DNA of 64,000 nucleotides from an uncultured bacterium (GTDB lineage Bacteria > Patescibacteriota > Saccharimonadia > UBA4664), in assembly GCA_963720265.1 (NCBI GenBank), contig CAVRET010000002.1:328704-392703 (forward strand), given 5' to 3'. The notes beneath the pieces were generated by a model. The model was not told where the DNA came from and ran no database searches. It worked only from the letters and a program-made list of their open reading frames with translations. Both the position numbers and the translations under genes were made by a program. Below, piece by piece: positions 19,960 through 29,240 of the stretch; within the stretch, counting starts at the first letter, position 1; every line of letters begins with the position of its first letter.

Positions 19960-20991
19960 CTAATTCCGACTCCCCGGTTCTTCCAGGACCCGCTCCAGAA
20001 TCTTGGTGATGCGATCGTTCGCTTCCTGTAGCTGCTTGCGTTGCTGTGTCCGCGTCACCAGCTCACGCTTAATCTTATTGCCCGCCGCTGCCAGCGCCTG
20101 CGTTTGCCGCAGGAGCTTACGCCTCGCCGCTTCCCGCTCGTCAATGATGATAGCCATCAGTAAACCGCTGACGGTTATTAGCATTACATACAAAAGCATA
20201 AATATCAGCCGCTCCTCAATCGAAGCCAATCCCCCAAACGGCCCGTAACCAGCCGCCGTGCCCAAGATCGCAAACACCGACACGGTAACACTGACGGTCG
20301 CTACCCCGAGTTGGGCAAATCGCAGCGCACCCCAGATTACCAACGGAAACGTTATATAGGCAATTGGATAAACATAGCCCAGCGGTGAAAAGAAAACCGT
20401 GGCGGCTACCAGCCCTGTGCTTACCAGCAGTATGACAGCCTCGATCATGCGACCTTTTAGTGCCGCCCGCCGCTCCGCGCTCAGCCACACCAGCAAAAAC
20501 GGCGCAAACAGTACATCGCCGGCCATATCGCCAAACCACCATAATAGCCACGCCATCGGCCAAGCCGACATGGTAAGCAGGCCACCGGCCATCAGACTGG
20601 CTGTCCCAATCGTTGCGGCAATCATGGTGCTACCGACCGCCGCTAATGTCAGCAACGCCAGCATATCCCGCATGCGTGAAAGATTAGGCCGGAAACTCAC
20701 CACTTTCATAAGCAGCCAGGCGCCGACCACTGCCTCCAGCGTGTTGCCGGCCGCAATCCCGGTCGCCACCCCGGCGGATTCGTGTGTCAGCCAATTGGCC
20801 ACTAAAGCTCCAACAAAAACACCGGGCCAAACCCGGTAGCCCAGTAATAACACAGCCACGAGTGCCAAGCCGGTCGGCGGCCATACCGAGGTGATCTGCT
20901 TAACCGAAAAAGCCAGCGACAAGCCTAACTTTGCCGCCACGATGTAAGCTACTGCCAAGCCCACTAGCTGGGCTATGTACTTCACCCTCAT
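19960..20991 (-). CDS. MASE1-domain membrane sensor with C-terminal coiled coil and no output domain
   Basis: VWPPTGLAL, GNTLEA, WWFGD, FPLVIWGALRF. Confidence 0.82.
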   Translation of the reverse strand: MRVKYIAQLVGLAVAYIVAAKLGLSLAFSVKQITSVWPPTGLALVAVLLLGYRVWPGVFVGALVANWLTHESAGVATGIAAGNTLEAVVGAWLLMKVVSFRPNLSRMRDMLALLTLAAVGSTMIAATIGTASLMAGGLLTMSAWPMAWLLWWFGDMAGDVLFAPFLLVWLSAERRAALKGRMIEAVILLVSTGLVAATVFFSPLGYVYPIAYITFPLVIWGALRFAQLGVATVSVTVSVFAILGTAAGYGPFGGLASIEERLIFMLLYVMLITVSGLLMAIIIDEREAARRKLLRQTQALAAAGNKIKRELVTRTQQRKQLQEANDRITKILERVLEEPGSRN

Positions 20992-20999
20992 TAATTTGA

Positions 21000-21413
21000 T
21001 TATACGCCTATGGTTATGCACTCCCGGCACACGCCGCTGATCTCAATCTGGTGGCTCCGCGGCTCAATATCATGCAACCTGGCTAGCGCCTCCAGTCGCT
21101 CCTCAAGCTCCGGATCTTCCACGCTCACCGACCGGCCGCACCGCACACACGAAATATGGTGGTGATGGCTATCAAACGTGTCCACCAGCTCAACCATCTT
21201 GCGCCCGCCCATAATGACGTCCTGAATCACCCCGAGTTTGCGAAATAACGTCAGGGTCCGATAAATACTGGCTCGGTCCATACCTTTGTTATCAGCCACG
21301 ATCGCGCTCAAACTTGCCGGGTCATTGGCTTGCATATAGCGAAACAACTGGGTGCGCGGGCTGGTCACACTATAGCCCTGTTCCTGCAAATGGCGCTTAA
21401 AAGCTTCTAGCAT
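21000..21413 (-). CDS. Fur-family metalloregulator (Zur-like)
   Basis: TSPR, RASIYRTL, HHHHISCVRCG and C-terminal GVCREC. Confidence 0.9.
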   Translation of the reverse strand: MLEAFKRHLQEQGYSVTSPRTQLFRYMQANDPASLSAIVADNKGMDRASIYRTLTLFRKLGVIQDVIMGGRKMVELVDTFDSHHHHISCVRCGRSVSVEDPELEERLEALARLHDIEPRSHQIEISGVCRECITIGV

Positions 21414-21430
21414 GATGCAATTATAGTAAG

Positions 21431-21451
21431 AATTGCAACAAATTTGCAATT
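21431..21451. promoter_or_regulatory. Palindromic operator (candidate Zur/Fur box) in the divergent promoter
   Basis: AATTGCAA-CAAAT-TTGCAATT perfect 8-5-8 inverted repeat between the regulator and the metal ABC operon. Confidence 0.7.
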
Positions 21452-21482
21452 TACGCCCAAGCACACTATGGTTTGAGCAACT

Positions 21483-22424
21483 ATGAACTCACGCACAGCC
21501 CCCAAGCGACAGCCCCGCGACCGCGCCGTTTGGCTGGTCGGGCTGTTGCTCGCACTAATAATCCTATCTGTGCTGGCGCTCCTCATCATCGCGCACCGTT
21601 CGTCCCAGGCCACCTCGCGTCAGGTTCACGTTGTGGCAGCCGAAAACTTCTGGGGTAACATAGCCGCGCAAATCGGTGGCAGTAAAGTCATGGTTACATC
21701 GATCATCACCAATCCCAATGCCGACCCCCACCTCTACGAATCCGACGCTCACGATGCCGCTTCCGTTGCTACTGCCAACGTTGTCGTCGAAAACGGCCTT
21801 GGCTACGATGATTTTATGAGCAAACTACTGGCCGCCTCACCCAATAGCCGGCGCACGGTTGTCTCGGCCCAACAAGTACTGGGCGTAACCGGCGCCGACC
21901 CAAACCCGCACCTCTGGTACGACACTCCCCGCGTCCCCACCGTGGCTGCGGCCATTGAACAAGCGCTCGCCGCCAAAGATCCCGCCGACGCCGACTATTT
22001 CCGTGCCAACCTTACCACCTTTGACCAATCATTAACGCCGATTCTAAACATCATTGCCGAGATTAAAACCCGGTACCCCAATACTCCCGTCGCCTACACC
22101 GAGCGCGTACCCGGCTATCTCTTGAACGCCGCCGGCTTAAGCGTCAAAACCCCGCCCGGCTTTGCCTCGGCCGTTGAGGACGGCACCGACCCTAGCCCGT
22201 CCGACACCCTAGCTTTCGACTCGCTTATCACTTCACACAGCATTAAAGTATTACTATACAACGCGCAAACGATCTCCAGTGTTACCCAACAGATCAGCGA
22301 TCTGGCGACCAGCAACCATATTCCGGTTGTGCCCGTTACCGAAACGATGCCGGCTGGCGTTCCAACCTATCAGGCCTGGCAGTTAGACCAAGCCAAAGCA
22401 TTATTAACCGCCCTCGGAGGCTAA
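21483..22424 (+). CDS. Zn/Mn ABC transporter substrate-binding protein (ZnuA/TroA cluster A-I)
   Basis: AAENFWG, ADPHLYE, NPHLWYD, VTETMP. Confidence 0.9.
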   Translation: MNSRTAPKRQPRDRAVWLVGLLLALIILSVLALLIIAHRSSQATSRQVHVVAAENFWGNIAAQIGGSKVMVTSIITNPNADPHLYESDAHDAASVATANVVVENGLGYDDFMSKLLAASPNSRRTVVSAQQVLGVTGADPNPHLWYDTPRVPTVAAAIEQALAAKDPADADYFRANLTTFDQSLTPILNIIAEIKTRYPNTPVAYTERVPGYLLNAAGLSVKTPPGFASAVEDGTDPSPSDTLAFDSLITSHSIKVLLYNAQTISSVTQQISDLATSNHIPVVPVTETMPAGVPTYQAWQLDQAKALLTALGG

Positions 22425-23275
22425 TGGCAACCAAGGTCCGCGCCGCCCAAGTCGCAGCCGTAACCATCAACACGGCCGCCCTCAGTCTCGGCGGCCGTGA
22501 GCTTTGGCATGACCTCAATCTAACAGTCGGCCGCGGCGAATTTCTGGCTGTACTAGGCCCCAATGGGTCGGGCAAAACGAGTCTACTCCGCGCTCTGCTT
22601 GGGCTGGGCGAGCTTACCAAAGGCAGTATTGAGATTTTTGGTCAGGCTCCGCGCCAGGCGCGCAATCGTATCGGCTATGTGCCACAGCAAAAGGGTTTTG
22701 ACCCAGATCTGCCTATCCGCGGCCGTGACCTTGTGCATTTCGGTCTCGACGGGAACCGCTATGGTTTCGGCATTCACGGCCGCCGCACCGCCGCACGAGT
22801 CGACGAGGCCATTGCCGCAGTTGGCGCCACCGCTTTTGCTGATGCACCCATCGGCCTCCTGTCCGGTGGCGAGCAGCAACGTCTGCGCATTGCCCAGGCC
22901 CTGCTCACCGATCCCGACCTGCTGCTATGCGATGAGCCACTCCTCTCACTCGACCTCTCGCACCAGCAAACCATAAGCACACTCATCGACGAGCGCCGCC
23001 GTCAGGCCGGCACGGCGGTGGTCTTCGTCACCCACGACATCAACCCTATTTTGCCCATGGTCGACCGAGTGCTCTACCTTGTAGGCAATCGCTGGGCCGT
23101 TGGCGAGCCGGAAGTCGTGCTCACAAGCGAACGTCTAACTGATCTCTATGCCGCCCCGGTCGACGTTATGCGTGTGCGCGGCCGCATTGTGGTCGTGGGC
23201 GCCGGCGAGCCGGAGCTTACCGGCGGAGAGCGGCATCATCATGACCAAACTCACAAAGCCGAGGAGACAGCCTGA
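22424..23275 (+). CDS. Zn/Mn ABC transporter ATPase
   Basis: GPNGSGKT, IGYVPQ, LSGGEQQR, His-rich tail. Confidence 0.9.
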   Translation: MATKVRAAQVAAVTINTAALSLGGRELWHDLNLTVGRGEFLAVLGPNGSGKTSLLRALLGLGELTKGSIEIFGQAPRQARNRIGYVPQQKGFDPDLPIRGRDLVHFGLDGNRYGFGIHGRRTAARVDEAIAAVGATAFADAPIGLLSGGEQQRLRIAQALLTDPDLLLCDEPLLSLDLSHQQTISTLIDERRRQAGTAVVFVTHDINPILPMVDRVLYLVGNRWAVGEPEVVLTSERLTDLYAAPVDVMRVRGRIVVVGAGEPELTGGERHHHDQTHKAEETA

Positions 23276-24105
23276 TGGGTCTGGGGTTTTATCTAAATCA
23301 GGCTTTCGTTCTGCACTCCCTGCTAGCCGCCGGCCTAGTCGCAATTAGTTGCGGCCTGATCGGGCCGTTTGTGATCAGTCGCGGCATGGCGTTTGCGGTC
23401 CATGGCACAAGTGAACTGGCCTTCACCGGCGCTGCCGCAGGCCTGCTGGTGGACGGCAATCCCATCGCCGGCGCCCTAGCCGGTGCCCTCATCTTCGCCA
23501 CTATCATCGGTCTACTCGGCGTGCGCCAACGAGAACGCGATTCGTCAATTGGTGTGATCCTGGCCTTTGGTCTTGGCCTGGGCGTGTTGTTGCTGAGCTT
23601 CTACCACGGCTTCGCCTCCGAAGCCACAAACATCCTGTTTGGCAATATCTTCGGCGTCAGCTTAGGCCAGCTGGTACTGCTGCTTGCCATTAGCGTTATG
23701 GTAATCATTGCCATGGGCCTGCTCTATCGGCCACTCTTGTTTTCCTCCATTGATCCCGAAGTGGCAGTTGCCAAAGGCGTGCCAGTGCGGGGCTTGGGTA
23801 TCGTGTTCTTGCTCATCCTGGCGCTCACTGTTACCGCCGCGGCCCAAATTGTGGGCACGCTGCTCGTCTTAAGCCTGGCTATCACACCGGCCGCCGCAGC
23901 GCAGCGGCTCAGTGCCCGGCCCGGGGTCGTCACCGCGCTGTCAATAATATTTGCACTCATCGCCAGCCTCGGCGGCCTCATCGCCAGCCTGGCCGTGGCC
24001 GGTGGCACCGTCAAGCCCAGTGTTTTCATTACCTCCATCAGTTTTGCCATCTATATCATCGCCCGATTAGCCGGCCCGCTGTTTCGCGAGCGCCGGCCCG
24101 ATTAA
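23275..24105 (+). CDS. Zn/Mn ABC transporter permease (ABC-3)
   Basis: FAVHGTSELAFTGAA, ILFGNI, QIVGTLLV. Confidence 0.9.
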   Translation: MGLGFYLNQAFVLHSLLAAGLVAISCGLIGPFVISRGMAFAVHGTSELAFTGAAAGLLVDGNPIAGALAGALIFATIIGLLGVRQRERDSSIGVILAFGLGLGVLLLSFYHGFASEATNILFGNIFGVSLGQLVLLLAISVMVIIAMGLLYRPLLFSSIDPEVAVAKGVPVRGLGIVFLLILALTVTAAAQIVGTLLVLSLAITPAAAAQRLSARPGVVTALSIIFALIASLGGLIASLAVAGGTVKPSVFITSISFAIYIIARLAGPLFRERRPD

Positions 24106-24124
24106 TTCAGTCTATAATGGGCAC

Positions 24125-24556
24125 ATGAGCAGCATCGAACAAGCCATCGCCGCTTTTGGGCTAGGCGTCGTACTGGTAATGGCACTGGCCTACGTGGCCT
24201 ACATGATCGGCCTCATCTTGGTCCTGCGCAAACTCGGCCGCCTGTCCTGGTACGCCTTCATTCCCTTGCTTAACTATTACGCCCAAGTCCGGGCCATCAA
24301 CGCGCCGCGCCGCTGGTTTTTGCTGTCCTTACCGCCCTACATCGGCGCCGTCTATGCCGGCTCAGTCGCCATTCGCCTCGGTTCAATCTTTGGCCGCGGC
24401 CCAGCCTTTTCGCTCGTCTGGCTGACTATTGGCGCACCCGTTGGCATGTTTATACTTGCCTTCTCAAAAACACCCATCAACCACGATATTCTGGCGAACG
24501 AAGCCAAACTCATCGACATCAAGGCGGCGAAGCACCACGCCAAATCAGAAGGCTAG
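24125..24556 (+). CDS. Small membrane protein (DUF5684-like)
   Basis: RKLGRLSWYAFIPLLNYY motif, 3-4 TM helices. Confidence 0.65.
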   Translation: MSSIEQAIAAFGLGVVLVMALAYVAYMIGLILVLRKLGRLSWYAFIPLLNYYAQVRAINAPRRWFLLSLPPYIGAVYAGSVAIRLGSIFGRGPAFSLVWLTIGAPVGMFILAFSKTPINHDILANEAKLIDIKAAKHHAKSEG

Positions 24557-24886
24557 CGCGCCGGCCCCTGCCAACGCGACCGCTCCAAGTCTACCCGATC
24601 GCCGATCAACGCAACGCCTTCGTCGCGCAGTATTTGGATCTTCGTTGGCTCACCGTTGCCAAAAGCGTATCCGTGCATTAGCCCGTCTGAGCCCACCACC
24701 CGGTGACATGGCACCCGCGCTGGATTCACATTGTGCTTCATCGCGTTGCCGACCGCCCGCGCCGCCGACCGCCCGCGCCGCCTGCGGACTTCCCGCCCAT
24801 ACCGCTACATCGGCGTACGTCGCTACCTTGCCAGTCGGAATTTGTGCCACAACGTCGTACACCTTACTCGTAAAATTCGCTCCCAT
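24553..24886 (-). pseudogene. ogt: Methylated-DNA-protein-cysteine methyltransferase (MGMT family), frameshifted by a 16-bp tandem duplication
   Basis: N-part IPTGKVATYADVA...AARAVG and C-part VPCHRVV are in different frames; duplicated GCCGACCGCCCGCGCC at 24748-24779. Confidence 0.85.
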
Positions 24887-24890
24887 AATC

Positions 24891-25364
24891 CTAATACCCA
24901 GCCGGCGGTCGCTTGCCGCCCGACAATTTCTCAAGCCCCAGCGCGTTCACACGTCCCTGCACCGTTTCCACCGCTTGGTGAAACTCATCCAGTTCGACTC
25001 CGTATTTTGCCACTACCTGCTCATCAATAAAGCTCTGCGTTTTCGCAAAATCGTTCTTAAACTGCTGGTTAATATCCTTCCACGCAAATCCGCTCAAATA
25101 TTCAGCCAGCTTCGGGTCATACTCCACCACGCGGAGCGCTAGCAGCACCGCCACACTCGGATAGCCCAAGTATCCTTGCCAGAATGAGCCGTTGTCGTTC
25201 GCGGTAATCATATGCTGCTCCGGGTCGTACGCCACGTCGTAGTACTTATTTCCACTCGACGAATATACCTTGGCCGTATTGCCATCGAGCTTGACCCGTC
25301 CGTCACCCAAGCTGCCCAGAGCTTCATATACCTTAATTATCGGCGCCGGCTTCCACTTCATCAT
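24891..25364 (-). CDS. Conserved hypothetical protein (CPR-type)
   Basis: IKVYEALG...VYSSSGNKYY...NDNGSFWQGYLGYP...WKDINQQFKNDF. Confidence 0.75.
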   Translation of the reverse strand: MMKWKPAPIIKVYEALGSLGDGRVKLDGNTAKVYSSSGNKYYDVAYDPEQHMITANDNGSFWQGYLGYPSVAVLLALRVVEYDPKLAEYLSGFAWKDINQQFKNDFAKTQSFIDEQVVAKYGVELDEFHQAVETVQGRVNALGLEKLSGGKRPPAGY

Positions 25365-25433
25365 CGCAACCACTTGTTCCTTTATCTCGAGTATAAACCT
25401 TGCAGCCCAACCGCCGCGTGCCACAATAGCCAC

Positions 25434-25982
25434 ATGTTCATCCGGGAACTTTCTACCGCCGACCCGTCGGTCAAGTTGGTCAAACCAAATGCCGCGCGCG
25501 ACGCGGCTCTTAGCGTCGAGTGGCTGGCCGATCCAACCGACCGGGAGACACTGGCCTTAATGGGCGTCACCGACCGAAGCAACCAGCCCTCCACACTGAA
25601 GCAAGAGCAAGCGAGAATCGCCGGCTTCCTAACGGGCAACGATACCTACAACTGGATGATCAAGGTGGACGCTAGCATCGTCGGCGCAATTTGGGCCGAC
25701 CTCAAGCCAACCACCAACATTAATGCACCGGCCATCTCGGTCATGATTGGCGACCTCGCCGTCCGTGGTCGTGGTATCGGCCGGCTCGCACTGGCGGCTG
25801 TGGTAAGCTTTCTTGAAAGCGAGGGCCATGCCATTGTCTATGCGCGCCACCTTGTCGCCAACCACGCTAGCGCCGCCCTCTTAAAACGGCTCGGGTTTCA
25901 ACCCGCCGGCCCGGCCTACCATGATGCCGACGGCCTCACTTGGCAAAACCTCGCTCATTCGCGCATCCACCCGTCGTCATAA
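25434..25982 (+). CDS. GNAT-family (RimJ/RimL-like) N-acetyltransferase
   Basis: RGRGIG acetyl-CoA motif and NHASAALLKRLGF. Confidence 0.85.
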   Translation: MFIRELSTADPSVKLVKPNAARDAALSVEWLADPTDRETLALMGVTDRSNQPSTLKQEQARIAGFLTGNDTYNWMIKVDASIVGAIWADLKPTTNINAPAISVMIGDLAVRGRGIGRLALAAVVSFLESEGHAIVYARHLVANHASAALLKRLGFQPAGPAYHDADGLTWQNLAHSRIHPSS

Positions 25983-26036
25983 CCTCGTCGCCCTCACCTC
26001 ATCGGTTTGCGTTGCACTGTGTAGTACGATGGGCAT

Positions 26037-26348
26037 ATGACCAAAGAAGAAATAGCCGGCGGTACGGTGCATCAGCTGCCGCCAGACTTAAAGATTGCTC
26101 TCACATCCGCCCCAGCAGCACGGGCAGCCTGGGAAAGCCTTACGCCGCTGGCACGCAATGAGTGGATTTGCTGGGATATTAGTGTCAAACAATCAGAAAC
26201 CAGAAAAAATCACATCGAGCGGACTGTCACGGAGTTGCAAGAGGGGAAGCGCCGACCTTGTTGCTGGCTAGGTTGCATCCACCGCACAGACAAAGCGATA
26301 AGTCCATCAGTGCAGTGGGTACTCGCGAAACGATCCAGGCCCAATTAA
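26037..26348 (+). CDS. YdeI/OmpD-associated (OmdA) family protein
   Basis: LPPDLKIAL...WESLTPLARNEWICW...GKRRPCCW. Confidence 0.85.
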   Translation: MTKEEIAGGTVHQLPPDLKIALTSAPAARAAWESLTPLARNEWICWDISVKQSETRKNHIERTVTELQEGKRRPCCWLGCIHRTDKAISPSVQWVLAKRSRPN

Positions 26349-26380
26349 CTAATGAAGAAGCCTTTCGACGCCTTAAAGCA

Positions 26381-27085
26381 TTAAAAAGACGCCTGGGGAT
26401 GCTTTGCATCTAACCAAAAACACTCCACCAGGCCTCCGCAATATCGTTGCGCTAGCTTGCCTAGCTCTTGTTGGGCGGCGTAAAGCTCGTCATCCGTTAC
26501 CGGGTTTAATGCTTCGAGCACAAGGATGCAGTTTGTCGTATCGCTGGTGAGCACAGTCCGCGCAACTTCTCGCCAATTCCAACGGCGGCAGATCGTCCCC
26601 ATATCATCCTCGTAGATAATCTCTCCCTCAGCCGGGGCCTGGGCTGCGTCCTTGCCAAGAACGGTCACTGGTGTTGCATCCGTCGTAGCATAGGTGAGCC
26701 GTAAATCGCCGGTCATCTTGTCGATGTCTTCGCCACCGGCCGGCAGCATGTGCTTAAGCGAGATGTAATTGTAAATGTCAACCAGCGGATTAATGCTTGC
26801 CACGCCACCACCCTTAGCAACACGTTTGTATAACGCCTCAACCGAACTCGGGTAATCCTTGGCTTTGACTCCGAATACACGATAGGCTGCACGCCAGGCC
26901 GCAATCTTTGGGAGCTGGGAGACTGCCTGCTGTGCGTACTCTGTTTCAAGAGCTGCTGCGAGCGCCTGTAGCCCGTGTTCAAACGCCGAGATATCAGCTC
27001 GATTATTGGCGTTTCTGATAACCGTTACGGCTATCCGCGGATTGTCAAACGTATCGAAAATCTTTTGATCTATAGTTAGCTTCAT
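26381..27085 (-). CDS. Stand-alone B3/B4 domain protein (PheRS-beta editing-like)
   Basis: WRAAYRVFG...YPSSVEAL, INPLVDIYNYISL, CRRWNWRE. Confidence 0.88.
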   Translation of the reverse strand: MKLTIDQKIFDTFDNPRIAVTVIRNANNRADISAFEHGLQALAAALETEYAQQAVSQLPKIAAWRAAYRVFGVKAKDYPSSVEALYKRVAKGGGVASINPLVDIYNYISLKHMLPAGGEDIDKMTGDLRLTYATTDATPVTVLGKDAAQAPAEGEIIYEDDMGTICRRWNWREVARTVLTSDTTNCILVLEALNPVTDDELYAAQQELGKLAQRYCGGLVECFWLDAKHPQASF

Positions 27086-27239
27086 GACCGCCAGTCTATC
27101 GTTACCAGGCAATCTAGTAAATGTACAAGAAAAATATCTGATTACTCACAGAATCCATGCACTAAGTATACCAACAGCTCTGTTTAAATTAGTGCAAGGC
27201 CGACCCCTAAAAGCGAAACCAAAAAGAAATTGTAAAGAG

Positions 27240-27261
27240 GGCGGGGCCATCAGGCCCCGCC
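27240..27261. terminator. GC-rich hairpin, probable terminator for the minus-strand CooC/SCO5389 operon
   Basis: GGCGGGGCC-ATCA-GGCCCCGCC, followed on the minus strand by CTCTTT. Confidence 0.6.
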
Positions 27262-27284
27262 CATGTAACGAGCAACCTTGACTG

Positions 27285-27668
27285 TCAGCAGTCCGGTGTG
27301 GCCTGCAGGCCGATCTGTTCGGCGAGGGTCACGTTCAGATCCTCAGACGTGAGGGCACAGATCGGCGCGCAGCAGTTGTACAGGCCGAAGGCTGCGCCGA
27401 AGTGTCTGGTGAGTACGCCACGGGCGATGTCGGTACCGAGAAGCCGGCTGAGCTGACCGCCGAGTGGCGAGTGCGGGTCTTCTCGTTGCAGCAGACGCTG
27501 TCCACTGGCGCGAACCTTGGCCACCAGCTCGGCGATGTACGCGAAGCCGAGGGGCAGGTCCTGCTCGAACGCTTCCACGAACGCCGCGTCGAGTGCACCC
27601 TGGTCGGCTGTATCAGGGTCGGTAATGCCACGACGTGCGAGGATAGCGCCGAGGGACTGATATGACAT
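27285..27668 (-). CDS. SCO5389-like protein
   Basis: FVEAF..DLP.G...GQLSRLLGTD..RGVLTRHFG...YNC and terminal DC resemble the actinobacterial SCO5389 family (from recall). Confidence 0.65.
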   Translation of the reverse strand: MSYQSLGAILARRGITDPDTADQGALDAAFVEAFEQDLPLGFAYIAELVAKVRASGQRLLQREDPHSPLGGQLSRLLGTDIARGVLTRHFGAAFGLYNCCAPICALTSEDLNVTLAEQIGLQATPDC

Positions 27669-27735
27669 GACGGGCCTTTCTAACTCGTGCTGGCCGTGTT
27701 GCCAGCTAGCGACCATTCAGCTGCATGGCCCTTAG

Positions 27736-28704
27736 CTAATAACCGGTCTGATGAACAAGTTCAGGAGTGAGCTTGAAATCCGGGTCGATCTGCTTGGTTA
27801 GATCAGCACCGGCGGCTTCATTGGCCCAACTGGCAGCATTGCGGCGGTGGAACGCCAGAGCCTGGGTATAGAACTTGTCCCAATCTCTGGGCATTGCGTC
27901 GAGTGTGCGTTTAATAACCTTGAGCGCCTCGAGGTTAAAGGGCTCCAGTTCGGCAAAATCACGATGTTGGCCCTTCTCTAATGAACGGACGTAATTTGAG
28001 CGCTCCAACCAGGTGAGCAAGTCATCGCCGACGTGCTGGCGCAAGAATTCAACATCTTCAACGGATTCGACCTTGTTTCCAACTACTGCGAGCTTTACAT
28101 GATGGTCTTTGGCGTAGTGTTTGTATTGCCTGTAAACGCCGACGCCCTTTAAGGTCGGCTCAGCTACGAGCACGGTAAGGTCAAACTTGGTGAACATGCC
28201 GGAGGCAAATGAGTCAGCCCCGGCTGTCATATCGACGATGATATATTCGTTTGCACCGTCGATGAGGTGGTTCAGGATAAGCTCGACGGCTCCCACTTTG
28301 GAGTGATAGCACTTAACACCGAGGTCCGACTCATTGAATGGACCGGTAGCGAGCAGTCGCACGCCGTTGATCCGCTTCTCGAAATGGTCCCAAATCGGGT
28401 TCTGCTCGCCAAGCATCAGGAGATTTGAGCCTCGTCCAGGCGGCGTGGTTTTAGCCATTTGCTCGTTCGAGACAATGCGAGAATTGCTCCCCCGCAGGTA
28501 CTCTTTGACCCGGTCAATCTCAATACCAAGCGGTGGGATACCGGCCGCAGCTTCGACCGATCCTCCAAGCGCCTGTGCCAGGTGCTGGTTAATGTCCGCG
28601 TCGATCGCCATAACGGAAAGTTTCTTACTGGCTAGGTATCGAGCAAATAGCGCGGAGGTGGTGGTTTTGCCGCTGCCGCCTTTGCCAACAAATGCAATTC
28701 TCAT
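27736..28704 (-). CDS. CooC-like (MinD/Mrp class) P-loop ATPase
   Basis: Deviant Walker A GKGGSGKTT, IDADIN, KTTPPG, GVKCYHSK, VDMTAG. Confidence 0.85.
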   Translation of the reverse strand: MRIAFVGKGGSGKTTTSALFARYLASKKLSVMAIDADINQHLAQALGGSVEAAAGIPPLGIEIDRVKEYLRGSNSRIVSNEQMAKTTPPGRGSNLLMLGEQNPIWDHFEKRINGVRLLATGPFNESDLGVKCYHSKVGAVELILNHLIDGANEYIIVDMTAGADSFASGMFTKFDLTVLVAEPTLKGVGVYRQYKHYAKDHHVKLAVVGNKVESVEDVEFLRQHVGDDLLTWLERSNYVRSLEKGQHRDFAELEPFNLEALKVIKRTLDAMPRDWDKFYTQALAFHRRNAASWANEAAGADLTKQIDPDFKLTPELVHQTGY

Positions 28705-28736
28705 GGACGTTAGCCTACTGCCCACGATGCAATGAA

Positions 28737-28751
28737 TGCAACTTAGTTGCA
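28737..28751. promoter_or_regulatory. Palindromic operator (candidate Zur/Fur box)
   Basis: TGCAAC-TTA-GTTGCA between the divergent CooC-like and Fur-like genes; matches the 21431 site. Confidence 0.7.
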
Positions 28752-28783
28752 AGTGCTACTCAATATGCATATAATTGCAGGCC

Positions 28784-29209
28784 ATGGATAAAGAAAGACT
28801 ATTTAGAGAGGCACTTAATAATGCGAACGCACGGATCAGTGCCCAGCGCCTGATTATTTTTCGTGCGCTCCTGCGCAACACGCCCGTATCGACCCTGAAA
28901 CTGGTGGAGCTGGCCGGTAAAAACGGGATTGACCGCACCACCACCTACCGGACATTAACGCTGTTCCGTAAGCTCGGAGTTGTACGTGATGTGGTGGCTG
29001 GTGGCAAGCGGTTAGTTGAACTAAGCGACGACTATCTGGCACACCATCACCACTTTTGGTGCCGTAAATGCGGCAAATTAACCGATTTTGATAGCTTGGT
29101 TGTTGAGTCCGGCTTGCGTGAAGCCGTTAAGGCCATTGGCGGCCAGATGATGTCCCATCACGTCGAGATTAGCGGCATCTGCGCGGATTGCCTGCAGAAA
29201 GCCAGGTAG
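28784..29209 (+). CDS. Fur-family metalloregulator, second paralog
   Basis: DRTTTYRTLTLF, HHHHFWCRKCG, GICADC. Confidence 0.9.
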   Translation: MDKERLFREALNNANARISAQRLIIFRALLRNTPVSTLKLVELAGKNGIDRTTTYRTLTLFRKLGVVRDVVAGGKRLVELSDDYLAHHHHFWCRKCGKLTDFDSLVVESGLREAVKAIGGQMMSHHVEISGICADCLQKAR

Positions 29210-29240
29210 GCTTCTTCTCTTGAGTGCAAACGCTGGTTTA

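Noticed and set aside
24429-25142. 237-aa plus-strand ORF and similar long alternative-frame ORFs (e.g. 31204-31965, 40846-41598, 46206-47066)
   Set aside because: Shadow ORFs expected in GC-rich DNA overlapping well-supported genes
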